Origin: Coprobacillaceae bacterium
Lineage (GTDB): Bacteria > Bacillota_I > Bacilli_A > Erysipelotrichales > Coprobacillaceae
Assembly: GCA_963675915.1 (NCBI GenBank)
Contig: OY780959.1
Coordinates: 450,001 to 482,000 of the forward strand
Reading direction: 5' to 3'
Length of the DNA stretch: 32,000 nucleotides
Notes under the pieces: model-generated
Told to the model about the DNA's origin: nothing
The model's database searches: none
What the model saw: only the letters and a program-made list of their open reading frames with translations
Part shown: one piece after another, positions 1 to 9,045 of the stretch
Position numbering within the stretch: the stretch's first letter is position 1
Layout of the letters: each line of letters starts with the position of its first letter
Translations under genes and position numbers: made by a program

Positions 1-726
1 ACAACAGCGCAGGCTCAGGAGATTTTCGCATTGGCCAAAGAGAAGAATCTGATTGTCCAGGCCTATCAAAATCGCCGCTTTGACAGCGATTTTTTGACTG
101 CCATCGATGTGATTGAAAGTGGCAGACTTGGTGAACTGTTGGAAGTTGAAATGCATTTTGACTATTACCGTCCGGAGATTCCTGAATCGATAGACTACTT
201 CGATGCGGCAACATCTTATCTTTACGGGCATGCCTGTCATACTCTAGACCAGGTGATCAGTTACTTTGGCGAACCGGACCATATCCATTATGATGTCCGC
301 CAATTGCTGGGAAGCGGTCGGATGAACGATTATTTCGATCTAGACCTTTACTATGGGACTTTGAAAGTTTCCGTCAAATCAAGTTATTTTAGAGCCAAGG
401 AAAGACCAAGCTTTGTTGTCTATGGCAAAAAAGGATGTTTTGTCAAAGAGAAAAAAGACCGTCAGGAAGAACACCTCAAACTGTTCTACATGCCTGATAA
501 GGCTGACTTCGGGATGGATCTGCCCGAACACTATGGCACCATCACTTACTATGATAAAGACAACAATTATCATGAAGAAAAAGTGGTCACCCTCCGCGGT
601 GATTATGGGCGGGTTTATGATGACCTGTATGAAGCAATTATCAACGGCAAAGAAAAGACGATTACCGACAAACAAACTCTGTTGCAACTCGAAATTCTCG
701 AGCGCGGGGTCCGGGATTTGAAATAA
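1..726 (+). CDS. Gfo/Idh/MocA-family NAD(P)-dependent oxidoreductase, C-terminal part (5' end lies outside the window)
   Basis: Frame 1 is open from nt 1 (TTAQAQEIFALAKEKNLIVQAYQNRRFDSDF...GRLGELLEVEMHFDYYRPE). This resembles the C-terminal dimerisation domain of Gfo/Idh/MocA enzymes. The track's TTG start at 31 is probably internal. Stop at 724-726. Confidence 0.75.
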   Translation, partial: TTAQAQEIFALAKEKNLIVQAYQNRRFDSDFLTAIDVIESGRLGELLEVEMHFDYYRPEIPESIDYFDAATSYLYGHACHTLDQVISYFGEPDHIHYDVRQLLGSGRMNDYFDLDLYYGTLKVSVKSSYFRAKERPSFVVYGKKGCFVKEKKDRQEEHLKLFYMPDKADFGMDLPEHYGTITYYDKDNNYHEEKVVTLRGDYGRVYDDLYEAIINGKEKTITDKQTLLQLEILERGVRDLK

Positions 727-736
727 GGGAGAAAAT

Positions 737-1186
737 ATGGAATTTACATTGGAGCAAGTATTGGAACAAGAGGCGAATCTGCAATTTGATGAATTCAAGC
801 ATGAAGATGCCCTCAACTTGGCGCTTCTTATCAATGAAGAAGTGAAAAACAATTATGAAAAACCGGTTGGAATCCGGGTGGTTCATCAGGGCTTGGAAGT
901 ATTCCACTTTTTGATGAATGAACGCAAAAGACCGGCGACGTGGCTGGTCCGCAAGGAGAAAACCGTTAACGAAAGCGGTCATAGTTCGCTTTATACTTTT
1001 TTGAAAATGGAAGTAGAACCGAAATTTAAAGAGTGGCAGAGTGATGATACCCATGCCATTTGCGGTGGTGGGTTCCCGCTTATCGAAAATGGTGAAGTTA
1101 CCGGATCAATCTGTGTTTCGGGACTGGAACACTGGGATGACCATGCGGTTATCATCAAGTGTCTTAAAAAATATTTAAACAAATAA
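737..1186 (+). CDS. UPF0303 / GlcG-like (DUF336) heme-binding or heme-degrading domain protein
   Basis: ATG at 737 lies 6 nt after a GGGAGA RBS. The 149-aa product has ...CGGGFPL..GEV.G.I.VSGL.H..DH..., typical of the UPF0303/GlcG fold. The family call is from memory only. Confidence 0.55.
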   Translation: MEFTLEQVLEQEANLQFDEFKHEDALNLALLINEEVKNNYEKPVGIRVVHQGLEVFHFLMNERKRPATWLVRKEKTVNESGHSSLYTFLKMEVEPKFKEWQSDDTHAICGGGFPLIENGEVTGSICVSGLEHWDDHAVIIKCLKKYLNK

Positions 1187-1191
1187 CCATC

Positions 1192-1218
1192 AGCCAAAGC
1201 TCAGTCTTTGGCTTTTTG
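1192..1218 (+). terminator. Rho-independent terminator after the UPF0303-like gene
   Basis: AGCCAAAG (1192-1199) / CTTTGGCT (1206-1213), 6-nt loop, then a T-run. Confidence 0.7.
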
Positions 1219-1231
1219 CTTGGTAAAATGA

Positions 1232-1260
1232 TTGAATTTTTTTAGCAACAATAATATAAT
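1232..1260 (+). promoter_or_regulatory. Sigma-A type promoter for luxS
   Basis: TTGAAT (1232-1237), 17-nt spacer, TATAAT (1255-1260), about 30 nt upstream of the luxS RBS. Confidence 0.55.
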
Positions 1261-1289
1261 TTGATTAAATCTGAAAAAAGGAGAAAATC

Positions 1290-1736
1290 ATGGAAAGAAT
1301 TACAAGCTTCAGTGTTGACCACAGTCAACTTACCAAAGGGGTTTATGTATCAAGAGTGGATGGTGATATCACAACTTACGATATCCGGATGACCACACCA
1401 AATCTGGAAGACGCTCTGGATCCCAAAGCGGCTCATACAATCGAGCATCTGGGGGCGACTTTGCTTAGAAACGGCAAATACAAGGATCATATCATCTATT
1501 TTGGTCCGATGGGGTGCATGACCGGGTTTTATCTGATCACCCGGGGGATGGAATTTGATCAGATCAAGGAAATGGTCAAAGACCTGTATAATCAAATCGC
1601 CACTTGGGATGGGGAGATTCCCGGAGCCAAAGCAGAAGAATGCGGCAACTTCAGCTTCATGGATCTAACCAAAGCCAAAGCCGCGGCGCAGTATTTTGTG
1701 ACCAGCGAATGGGAACATGAATATCATCTTTTATAG
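1290..1736 (+). CDS. luxS: S-ribosylhomocysteine lyase (autoinducer-2 synthase)
   Basis: SFSVDHSQL..., metal-binding HTIEHL motif and FGPMGCMTGFY, all colinear with LuxS. AAGGAGA RBS. Confidence 0.93.
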   Translation: MERITSFSVDHSQLTKGVYVSRVDGDITTYDIRMTTPNLEDALDPKAAHTIEHLGATLLRNGKYKDHIIYFGPMGCMTGFYLITRGMEFDQIKEMVKDLYNQIATWDGEIPGAKAEECGNFSFMDLTKAKAAAQYFVTSEWEHEYHLL

Positions 1737-1745
1737 CAATAATCA

Positions 1746-1772
1746 AGGCAAACTGGAAAGTTTGCCTTTTGT
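1746..1772 (+). terminator. Rho-independent terminator after luxS
   Basis: AGGCAAACT / AGTTTGCCT stem with GGAA loop, followed by TTTTGTTT. Confidence 0.7.
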
Positions 1773-1862
1773 TTCTTTTAACGGGTAAAATACCGGGTTC
1801 TATCCCAAGTTTGCTACCAGGGCCGGATAATTGTGATATAATGGTTCCCAGGAGGAATGACA

Positions 1863-2261
1863 ATGGAACTGATACTGGACGAGTTTATCGACAACAAGGA
1901 TGGCAATCCCTACTATATCTATCAAATATGCGAAGAGAATCAAGAAATCGGGCGGATCGTGTTTCGCCTCGGTTCCAATACTGATCATTATTATGATGGT
2001 CATATCGGCTATTCGATCGATCCGGAATACCGGGGCCAGGCCAAAAGTTACCAGGCTTGTCTGCTTTTGCAAGACATTATCAAACAGCATGGTTACTCTG
2101 AGGTGATCATCACTTGTTCACCTGATAATCTTGCCAGCAAGAAAATCATCCAGAAGCTGGGGGCCAAGTACCTCGAAACAGCTGTTATTCCTGCTAAACA
2201 GCGCAAATATTTTGCCAGAGATGAAAAGACCAAAGAAATCTATTTATGGAGGGTATTATGA
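1863..2261 (+). CDS. GNAT-family N-acetyltransferase
   Basis: Contains ...IGYSIDPEYRGQAKSYQACLLL...ASKKIIQKLGA, a Q/RxxGxA-like acetyl-CoA motif. The start is moved to the ATG at 1863, 7 nt after GGAGG at 1851-1855. TGaTATAAT extended -10 at 1834-1842. The stop overlaps the sbcD start (ATGA). Confidence 0.72.
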   Translation: MELILDEFIDNKDGNPYYIYQICEENQEIGRIVFRLGSNTDHYYDGHIGYSIDPEYRGQAKSYQACLLLQDIIKQHGYSEVIITCSPDNLASKKIIQKLGAKYLETAVIPAKQRKYFARDEKTKEIYLWRVL

Positions 2262-3385
2262 AATTCATTCATTTAGCGGATTTACATATAGGAAAATATT
2301 TATTCAATTACAGTCTGCTTGAGATTCAGGCGGATTTGTTGAACCAGGTCATTGAAGCGGCCAAACTCCAAGGAGTCAGCGCGATTGTCATTGCCGGAGA
2401 TGTCTTCGATCGGGCGATTGCCCCCAGCGAAGCCATCAAAGTCTTCAATGATTTTTTAAAAAAAGCGGTTGAAAATCAGATCAAGGTGTTGGTGATTGCC
2501 GGAAATCATGACGGTCCGGCCCGGCTGGAATATCTAAGCGATCTGGTGGCAATCAACGGGATTTTTATTGTCGGGGAACCGCAAAAAAAAATGCCGGCAA
2601 TTCAAATCGGGGAAGTCACTTTCCATTTGCTGCCATATTTGAAACCAATCGATGTCCGGCTGCTTTTAGATGTCGACGTCCACAATTACAACGAGGCCTA
2701 TGAGATTTATCTTAATCGCCAAAAGATTGACAGCACCACAACCAATGTGATTGTGGCCCATCAGTTTTTCGGTGGCAATTCCCAGAATATCAAGGAGAGC
2801 GATCTGGCTGGAGCTTACAGTGTGGGCAACAGTGAAATGGTCGGTGTCGATTTATTGGATCGGTTCGATTATGCAGCCTTGGGGCATATCCATGCCTCTT
2901 TGGCCCTTAAGCGCCAAACCTGCCGCTATGGCAGCAGTCTGATGCCGTTGTCGTTTGATGAACTGGCCCAAACCAAACAACTGACAATCGTCAAGGTGGA
3001 AAATAAACAGGTGAGCGTTGAATTCGAACAATTACAGCCACTAAGAACTCTGATTGAAGTTACCGGCAGTTTTGATGAGCTCAATGTATCAACCAACTAC
3101 AATGACCGGGATTTTGTGGCAGTCGTTTTGACCGACAAAAAGCTGATTCTAAACGCCCGGGATCGCTTGAAACTGATCTATCCCAATATCATGCAGCTAG
3201 GTTATCAAAACAATCTGGCCATCGACAGTGACCTGACCATCTCGAAACCCCAAAAAGGGGCGACGATAACCCAGATTTTCGCCGATTTCTACAAACAGAT
3301 GCATGATGATCAAAAGATGAGTGATGCGCAGCAGGCAGTTGTGGAATCATATTTCAAGGAGGGGATTGAACATGAAACCAATTAA
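2258..3385 (+). CDS. sbcD: Exonuclease SbcCD, nuclease subunit D (Mre11-like phosphoesterase)
   Basis: MKFIHLADLHIGK, IAGDVFD, VIAGNHD and ALGHIH calcineurin-like phosphoesterase motifs. The start at 2258 (after GGAGG) is preferred over the track's 2246. Confidence 0.9.
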   Translation: MKFIHLADLHIGKYLFNYSLLEIQADLLNQVIEAAKLQGVSAIVIAGDVFDRAIAPSEAIKVFNDFLKKAVENQIKVLVIAGNHDGPARLEYLSDLVAINGIFIVGEPQKKMPAIQIGEVTFHLLPYLKPIDVRLLLDVDVHNYNEAYEIYLNRQKIDSTTTNVIVAHQFFGGNSQNIKESDLAGAYSVGNSEMVGVDLLDRFDYAALGHIHASLALKRQTCRYGSSLMPLSFDELAQTKQLTIVKVENKQVSVEFEQLQPLRTLIEVTGSFDELNVSTNYNDRDFVAVVLTDKKLILNARDRLKLIYPNIMQLGYQNNLAIDSDLTISKPQKGATITQIFADFYKQMHDDQKMSDAQQAVVESYFKEGIEHETN

Positions 3386-6300
3386 ACTTGAACTAAGCGC
3401 CTTTGGCCCTTATTTAAATAAAGTGGAGATCGATTTCACCAGACTCCAAGACAACGGTCTTTATCTGGTCAGCGGAGATACCGGTTCGGGGAAAACCATG
3501 ATTTTCGATGCGATTTCTTATGCGTTGTACAATAAAACCAGCGGGGGAAAACGGACTTCCAAGGATCTGCGGACGGTTACTGCAACCACCCAGACGACTT
3601 ATGTCGATTACAGTTTTGAAGTCAATGGCAGAGTCATGCGGATCAAGCGGACTCCCGAACAGGTAGTGACTGCCGATGAGAAGGAAAAAAAGGTCCGTTC
3701 CAGTTATCAGTTGTTCATTGATGGCCAGGAGGTCGATCTTTCGCGTGATTACGGGATTCCCGAAATCGTCGGAATCAACTACGAAGAATTCACCCAGATT
3801 GTGATGATTGCCCAGAACGATTTTATGAAACTGATCAACTCAAATGAGAAAGAGCGGACTGCAATTCTTAAAAAACTGTTCAAGATTCCCAATATGAGCC
3901 AATTCAATATCTTTTTGAAGGAAAGAGCCGATGCGGCCAAAAACGAATTCGAGCGGATAAACAAGAATATCGCTGACATCACCGCCAGCCACGAGATTGA
4001 CAGCGCCAAAAATTCCCTCGAGGCAATAGGCCAGCTGGAAGTTGTCGAAGATGGTCTGGTGGAAATGAAGACATCACTAGAAACCAAGAGTGCGACCCAG
4101 GAAGCCAAACTGTTGGAGTTGAGCACCAAACTCGAACAGGTCAAAAACATCAACGGCTTATTTGTCAAACTGGAGCAGGCTCAAAACCGTCTGGCTGAAC
4201 TCGAAAACTCGTATGACACCGGTTTGGAAGCCAAAATCGAACTGCTCAAGGTGGCCAAGGACCTCAAACCAGATCATGACAATCTGGAAAACAGCCAGAA
4301 AAATCTGGTGGGATTGAAAAGTGAATATGAGGCCAAAATAGCTGAGTTGCAACTGAAAAAAGATGAGTTGGCAGTGGCTGAAAGTGAAGTTGCCAAGGAA
4401 CCTGAATATAAAAAGGCCAACGAGAAACTGCGTGGGGAAGTCAACGAACTGACAAGGTTGATCGAGCAGATGAAGACCAAGGTTGAATTGGAACAAAGAA
4501 TTCTGATTTTGCGCGAATCAATTGCGAAATTGGTCCGTGACAAAGCTGATCTGACTGCCAAACAAAGTGAGCTGGATCTGGCCAAAACCAAGCTGGATCA
4601 GTTCATCAATCAGGAAAACCGCAATCTGGAACTCAAAAACAGTCTTGAAAACCAGCTGCAAAAACAAAAAGAGTTGGATCATAAAATCGATGAGTTTTTG
4701 CAGGAGAAGCAAAATCTGACTAAATTGACGTCAAACCATCTCAGTGCGGTGGAACAGTATCGCAATCTCGACCGAGATTATCAAAAAGCCGCCAGTAATT
4801 TCGAAGCGGCTCAAAAAGCCAATAACGATTATGCGGTCGGGTTCATTGCCGCCAATCTGGTTGCCAATCAACCATGTCCGGTTTGCGGGTCTTTGGAGCA
4901 TCCAAGTATCGCACCGTTAAGTGGTAAGGAGATAACCAAAGAGGAACTGGAACGACTGAAGTTGGCGCAGGACCGGATCCAAAAATGCCTTAATGACCAG
5001 GTGGCCAGCACCAGTGCCATCAAGGCCAAACTTGAAAGCAAACAGGAAACGGTAACCAAGCTTCAAGAGGAAATCGGGGGCGGGGATGATGTCCAGGCGA
5101 TGCATGAAAAATGCCGCGAGGCGATTGAGGAATTGTCCGCGTCAATGCTCAAAGTTAAAGCTTATTTTGTCAAACTTCCGGACCAAAAAGCCGAGTTGGA
5201 GCAACTGGCCCAAAGAATCACGGCCAATGACAGCCAAATTTCCAGTCTTGAAAATCAGCAGTCGACCAATAAGGGAATTTTGCAACAACTAGAAGAACAA
5301 CTGGCTAAAATGCCGCAAATTGCGATGTCGATTAGTCAGCTTGAAACAATCGCGAGTAGCAAGAAAGAAGCGATTGAAGCCAATGAAACCACGATTGCTG
5401 CCAACAACAAAATTTTCCATGAACTTGATAATCTGGTGGCAGGAATCAAGGCGGCAATCGAGGCTAAAAAAGCTCAGATTGAAACCCAAAAAGAGCTGAT
5501 TGAAAAATATCGCCACAAATATCAGGAGAAAATGTCCCAGGTGGATTATCCGGAAATTATCATTCTGGAAAACTTCCAGGAAGTCACTCACCTGAGTGAA
5601 TATGAAAAATACGTTGCAAACTACCGAACCGAACTGGGGGCGATCAAATCACAGATTGCGGTGTACCAGGGCGAGACCAAAGATCAGAAGGTCGAAGAAG
5701 AACAGCAATATCAACTGGCGATCGCTGATTCCAAAAATCTGACTATGAAGATTAAAGAAGAGGCAAATACCGTCAATGCCAAGCTGGCAAAAGTCAGCGA
5801 GGATCTAAGCAAGATGCGCAGTTATACCAAACTGGCCACTCTGGCTGAGGAGCGTCTGGCCATCTATGATGATCTTTACCGGACTTCCAAAGGGCAGATT
5901 GCCGGTCAGAAAAAACTGGAATTTGAAACTTATCTGGTTTACTCGTACTTCGAGGAATTGCTTACTTATGCCAATGCGATTTTCGCCGATTTGACCAACA
6001 ACCGTTATCAGTTTGTGGTCAGCGAACCGGAAAGCAAAGGGAAATCCTATAATTTCATTCTTGGCGTGCTTGACCGTGAAAACTCAAAAACCCGGTTGGC
6101 CCGAACGCTCTCGGGCGGGGAAACTTTCAAGGCGGCCCTGTCGCTTTCAATCGGGCTGTCGCGGCTGGTACAGGACAAGTCGGGTACAGTCGAACTCAAC
6201 TCGATTTTCATCGATGAGGGATTTGGAACTCTTGATGACAACTCGCTCAATCAGGCTATCAACTGTCTGCAGTCGATCCGTTTGGAAAACCAGATGATTG

Positions 6301-6401
6301 GAATCATCTCCCATGTCAATATCCTCAAAGAGCGGATTGACAACAAAATCGTGGTTCGAAAAGACGGGGAAACTTCAAACATTGAGATAATCGAGGCCTG
6401 A
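3372..6401 (+). CDS. sbcC: Exonuclease SbcCD, ATPase subunit C (Rad50/SMC-like)
   Basis: MKPIKLELSAFGPY, Walker A GDTGSGKT, a long coiled coil with CPVCG zinc hook (4875-4886), signature LSGGE and Walker B IFIDEGFGTLD. The start at 3372 follows AAGGAGG and overlaps the sbcD end by 14 nt. Confidence 0.9.
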   Translation: MKPIKLELSAFGPYLNKVEIDFTRLQDNGLYLVSGDTGSGKTMIFDAISYALYNKTSGGKRTSKDLRTVTATTQTTYVDYSFEVNGRVMRIKRTPEQVVTADEKEKKVRSSYQLFIDGQEVDLSRDYGIPEIVGINYEEFTQIVMIAQNDFMKLINSNEKERTAILKKLFKIPNMSQFNIFLKERADAAKNEFERINKNIADITASHEIDSAKNSLEAIGQLEVVEDGLVEMKTSLETKSATQEAKLLELSTKLEQVKNINGLFVKLEQAQNRLAELENSYDTGLEAKIELLKVAKDLKPDHDNLENSQKNLVGLKSEYEAKIAELQLKKDELAVAESEVAKEPEYKKANEKLRGEVNELTRLIEQMKTKVELEQRILILRESIAKLVRDKADLTAKQSELDLAKTKLDQFINQENRNLELKNSLENQLQKQKELDHKIDEFLQEKQNLTKLTSNHLSAVEQYRNLDRDYQKAASNFEAAQKANNDYAVGFIAANLVANQPCPVCGSLEHPSIAPLSGKEITKEELERLKLAQDRIQKCLNDQVASTSAIKAKLESKQETVTKLQEEIGGGDDVQAMHEKCREAIEELSASMLKVKAYFVKLPDQKAELEQLAQRITANDSQISSLENQQSTNKGILQQLEEQLAKMPQIAMSISQLETIASSKKEAIEANETTIAANNKIFHELDNLVAGIKAAIEAKKAQIETQKELIEKYRHKYQEKMSQVDYPEIIILENFQEVTHLSEYEKYVANYRTELGAIKSQIAVYQGETKDQKVEEEQQYQLAIADSKNLTMKIKEEANTVNAKLAKVSEDLSKMRSYTKLATLAEERLAIYDDLYRTSKGQIAGQKKLEFETYLVYSYFEELLTYANAIFADLTNNRYQFVVSEPESKGKSYNFILGVLDRENSKTRLARTLSGGETFKAALSLSIGLSRLVQDKSGTVELNSIFIDEGFGTLDDNSLNQAINCLQSIRLENQMIGIISHVNILKERIDNKIVVRKDGETSNIEIIEA

Positions 6402-6516
6402 TGAAATTTATTTGCGATATTTTCCAATTATTTTGAATAGTTGGTTTGTAAATAGGGCACGGTTGTTATATAATACATGATGAATATTTATTTTGTTATT
6501 ATTAAAGGAGAAATCT

Positions 6517-7953
6517 ATGGCAAAGATTAAAAATGACGCGATCTGTTCGATGGAAGAGGATTTCGCTCAGTGGTACACCGACGTTTGTCGAAAAGCGGAG
6601 TTAATGGACTACAGCAGTGTTAAGGGATTCATCATTTACCGTCCTTACGGATACGCTATCTGGGAATTGATCCAGGAACATCTGAATAAAAGATTCAAGG
6701 ATACCGGACATCAAAATGTCTACCTTCCTTTGTTGATCCCGGAATCGCTATTGCAAAAGGAAGCTGACCACGTTGAAGGTTTCGCCCCTGAGTGTGCGGT
6801 GGTTACCCGCGGGGGATTGGATGATTTGGAAGAAAACCTGATTATCCGTCCAACATCGGAAACGTTGTTTTGCGAACATTATTCAAAAATTGTAAATTCA
6901 TACCGTGATTTACCAAAACTATATAATCAATGGTGTTCGGTAGTCCGTTGGGAAAAAACTACTCGTCCTTTCCTACGTGGTAGTGAATTCTTATGGCAGG
7001 AAGGTCATACTATCCATGAAACACCTGAAGAAGCACATGAAGAAACATTGAGAATGTTCAAGGTCTATGAAGAAATGGCTAAAAACCTGTTGGCTATTCC
7101 AATGGTTACCGGATTAAAAACTGAAAAGGAAAAATTCGCCGGAGCCGAAGAGTCTTATACAATCGAAGCCTTGATGCATGATGGTAAAGCCTTGCAATCA
7201 GGAACTTCTCACTATTTCGGTGATGGTTTCGCCAAAGCCTTCGATATCAAATTCCTTTCGAAGGAAAACAAACTTGAATATGTTCACCAGACTTCATGGG
7301 GAGTTTCAACTCGTCTGATCGGTGCGGTGATCATGGTTCATGGTGACAACAACGGATTGGTATTGCCTCCTCGTGTTGCTCCAACTCAAGTAGTGATCGT
7401 TCCGGTTATGCAAAAGAAAGCCGGAGTATTGGAAAAAGCGGCTGAAATCGCTGATCAGCTTAAAGCGGCTGGAATCCGGGTTGAAGTTGATGACAGTGAC
7501 AAGTCACCGGGATGGAAATTCGCTCAGGCGGAAATGCAGGGAATCCCGCTTCGTCTTGAAGTCGGACCTCGCGATATCGAAAATGGTGAATGCATCCTGG
7601 CCAAACGCCTTGATGGAAGCAAAACCAAATCCGCTCTTGATGAGACTTTGGTTGGTACAATCAACGGAATGCTTGATGACATCCATGAAGAAATGTACAA
7701 CAAAGCATTGGCTCACTTGAATGATCATATCACTGAAGTGAAATCATATGATGAGTTCAAGGAAGTCTTGGAAACCAAAGGTGGTTACATCAAAATGATG
7801 TGGTGTGGCGATCAGGAATGTGAAGAAAAAATCAAAGCTGACACTTCAGCAACTTCACGTTGTATTCGTACTGACGAAGAAGCTTTTGATGACACTTGCC
7901 CAATCTGCGGTAAGAAGGCTGAAAAAGTTGTTTACTTCGCCAAAGCTTATTAA
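6517..7953 (+). CDS. proS: Proline--tRNA ligase (archaeal/eukaryote-like class IIa type with C-terminal Zn-binding domain)
   Basis: MAKIKNDA..FAQWYTDV...GFIIYRPYGYAIWE...; class II motifs; C-terminal C..C...C.IC cluster. AAAGGAG RBS before the ATG at 6517. Confidence 0.92.
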   Translation: MAKIKNDAICSMEEDFAQWYTDVCRKAELMDYSSVKGFIIYRPYGYAIWELIQEHLNKRFKDTGHQNVYLPLLIPESLLQKEADHVEGFAPECAVVTRGGLDDLEENLIIRPTSETLFCEHYSKIVNSYRDLPKLYNQWCSVVRWEKTTRPFLRGSEFLWQEGHTIHETPEEAHEETLRMFKVYEEMAKNLLAIPMVTGLKTEKEKFAGAEESYTIEALMHDGKALQSGTSHYFGDGFAKAFDIKFLSKENKLEYVHQTSWGVSTRLIGAVIMVHGDNNGLVLPPRVAPTQVVIVPVMQKKAGVLEKAAEIADQLKAAGIRVEVDDSDKSPGWKFAQAEMQGIPLRLEVGPRDIENGECILAKRLDGSKTKSALDETLVGTINGMLDDIHEEMYNKALAHLNDHITEVKSYDEFKEVLETKGGYIKMMWCGDQECEEKIKADTSATSRCIRTDEEAFDDTCPICGKKAEKVVYFAKAY

Positions 7954-7975
7954 TCAGATTTATAATCTTATGCTA

Positions 7976-8012
7976 AAAGAACCCTTATGACTTTTTTGTC
8001 AGGGTTCTTTTT
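7976..8012. terminator. Bidirectional terminator between the convergent proS and XRE genes
   Basis: AAAGAACCCT (7976-7985) / AGGGTTCTTT (8001-8010), flanked by an A-run and a T-run. Confidence 0.75.
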
Positions 8013-8017
8013 GTTGT

Positions 8018-8230
8018 TCAGTATTCCTCTTTGGTGTATTCAATGATATCGCCAGGTTGGCAATCAAGATGCTTACAGATGGCATCAAGCGTTGAAAAGC
8101 GGATTGCTTTGATCTTACCGGTCTTGATATTCGACAAGTTTACCGGTGAAATGCCAATCAATTCGGCCAGTTCGTTCAGTTTCATTTTCTTGTCCGCCAA
8201 CACCCGGTCCAAACGGATTAATATGGCCAT
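8018..8230 (-). CDS. XRE/Cro-family helix-turn-helix transcriptional regulator (small, YozG-like)
   Basis: 70 aa: IRLDRVLADKKMKLNELAELIGISPVNLSNIKTGK.KAIRFSTLDAICKHLDCQPGDI. AAGGAGGT RBS. Confidence 0.85.
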   Translation of the reverse strand: MAILIRLDRVLADKKMKLNELAELIGISPVNLSNIKTGKIKAIRFSTLDAICKHLDCQPGDIIEYTKEEY

Positions 8231-8242
8231 GTCAATACCTCC

Positions 8243-8866
8243 TTATAAGGTGCAGTCATATTCTTCCTGCAGGAATAAACCGTATTCGGTAATATCGGAG
8301 AAGATATAGCCGATTATCCCGATAGCCACCCCGGCCCAGACAAAGTTTATAGTCAGGGCTGTTGACCCGCTGGTAAAGAAGCTTATCAAGATTGAAAGCA
8401 GAGTATTTATCAGAGTTGAATACAAGACCACGGTAAATGAAAACGAACGTAATGAGCGGATATGTTTCAGTTGGAAGGGAGTTTCACCATTTAAAACGTC
8501 GGTGGTCAAAGAGAGTAACTTTTTGAGCCCGAAAGCGACCAGAACAAGAGTCAACCAAAGATGTCCGATCAGATCGATTAAAATTACGGCTGGAACATTT
8601 ATTTGTTCAATTGGAATAAGTGGGAGCAGATTTGATGAAATGCTGCTTCTAATAAAAAAGGTGCTGTTTTTTAATCCCAGCGGCAAATTGATGCCATAGG
8701 CCCACTCGTTAACTCCTTTTTCGAAAGTTATCCCATTGGCAGAAAGATTGGGAGTAACCAATGATACGATTAAAATGCCGACCGCTAATATGATAGTCAC
8801 GTAATAACAAAACTTGATGATTTTATCGATTCTTTTGATGTTACTAAACTGGATGTTAGATTTCAT
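8243..8866 (-). CDS. Multi-pass membrane protein (DUF2975-like), co-transcribed with the XRE regulator
   Basis: About five hydrophobic segments, AAGGAGGGG RBS, and a stop 12 nt upstream of the XRE start. The DUF2975 assignment is from memory of the usual pairing with YozG-like regulators. Confidence 0.55.
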   Translation of the reverse strand: MKSNIQFSNIKRIDKIIKFCYYVTIILAVGILIVSLVTPNLSANGITFEKGVNEWAYGINLPLGLKNSTFFIRSSISSNLLPLIPIEQINVPAVILIDLIGHLWLTLVLVAFGLKKLLSLTTDVLNGETPFQLKHIRSLRSFSFTVVLYSTLINTLLSILISFFTSGSTALTINFVWAGVAIGIIGYIFSDITEYGLFLQEEYDCTL

Positions 8867-9009
8867 GAAACCCCTCCTTGAAAATTACCTGGGACAATCA
8901 TACCATTTATTGTAACCTAAATCAATAAGATATAACGATAAACGTTAATTTTTATATGAATAACATTATCATGGTTCTGGTCGAAGAGGCTGGGGCATTT
9001 GTGGATAAA

Positions 9010-9037
9010 AGAAAAAACGAAGCCCTCAGACTTCGTT
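9010..9037 (-). terminator. Terminator of the cyclophilin gene
   Basis: Minus strand: AACGAAG-TCTGAGGG-CTTCGTT followed by TTTTTT. Confidence 0.65.
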
Positions 9038-9045
9038 AGATGCTG

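Noticed and set aside
379-1054. Minus-strand ORFs 379-852 and 662-1054
   Set aside because: They are antisense to two plus-strand genes that have good motifs and RBSs.
3779-5591. Several 60-130-aa minus-strand ORFs inside sbcC (3779-4168, 4158-4496, 4274-4591, 4518-4712, 4868-5105, 5289-5591)
   Set aside because: These are shadow ORFs antisense to the low-complexity coiled-coil coding region. They lack RBSs and have biased Leu/Phe/Ser-rich translations.
3372-6401. The SMC-like ATPase as part of a defence system (Wadjet/Lamassu/Gabija-like)
   Set aside because: It has the canonical sbcD-sbcC arrangement, with a Mre11-type nuclease, a CxxC zinc hook and no accessory defence genes nearby.
6402-6516. 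T-box leader upstream of proS
   Set aside because: Only about 115 nt are available, most of it taken up by a promoter-like TTGTAA...TATAAT region. There is no specifier or antiterminator architecture and no T-box sequence.
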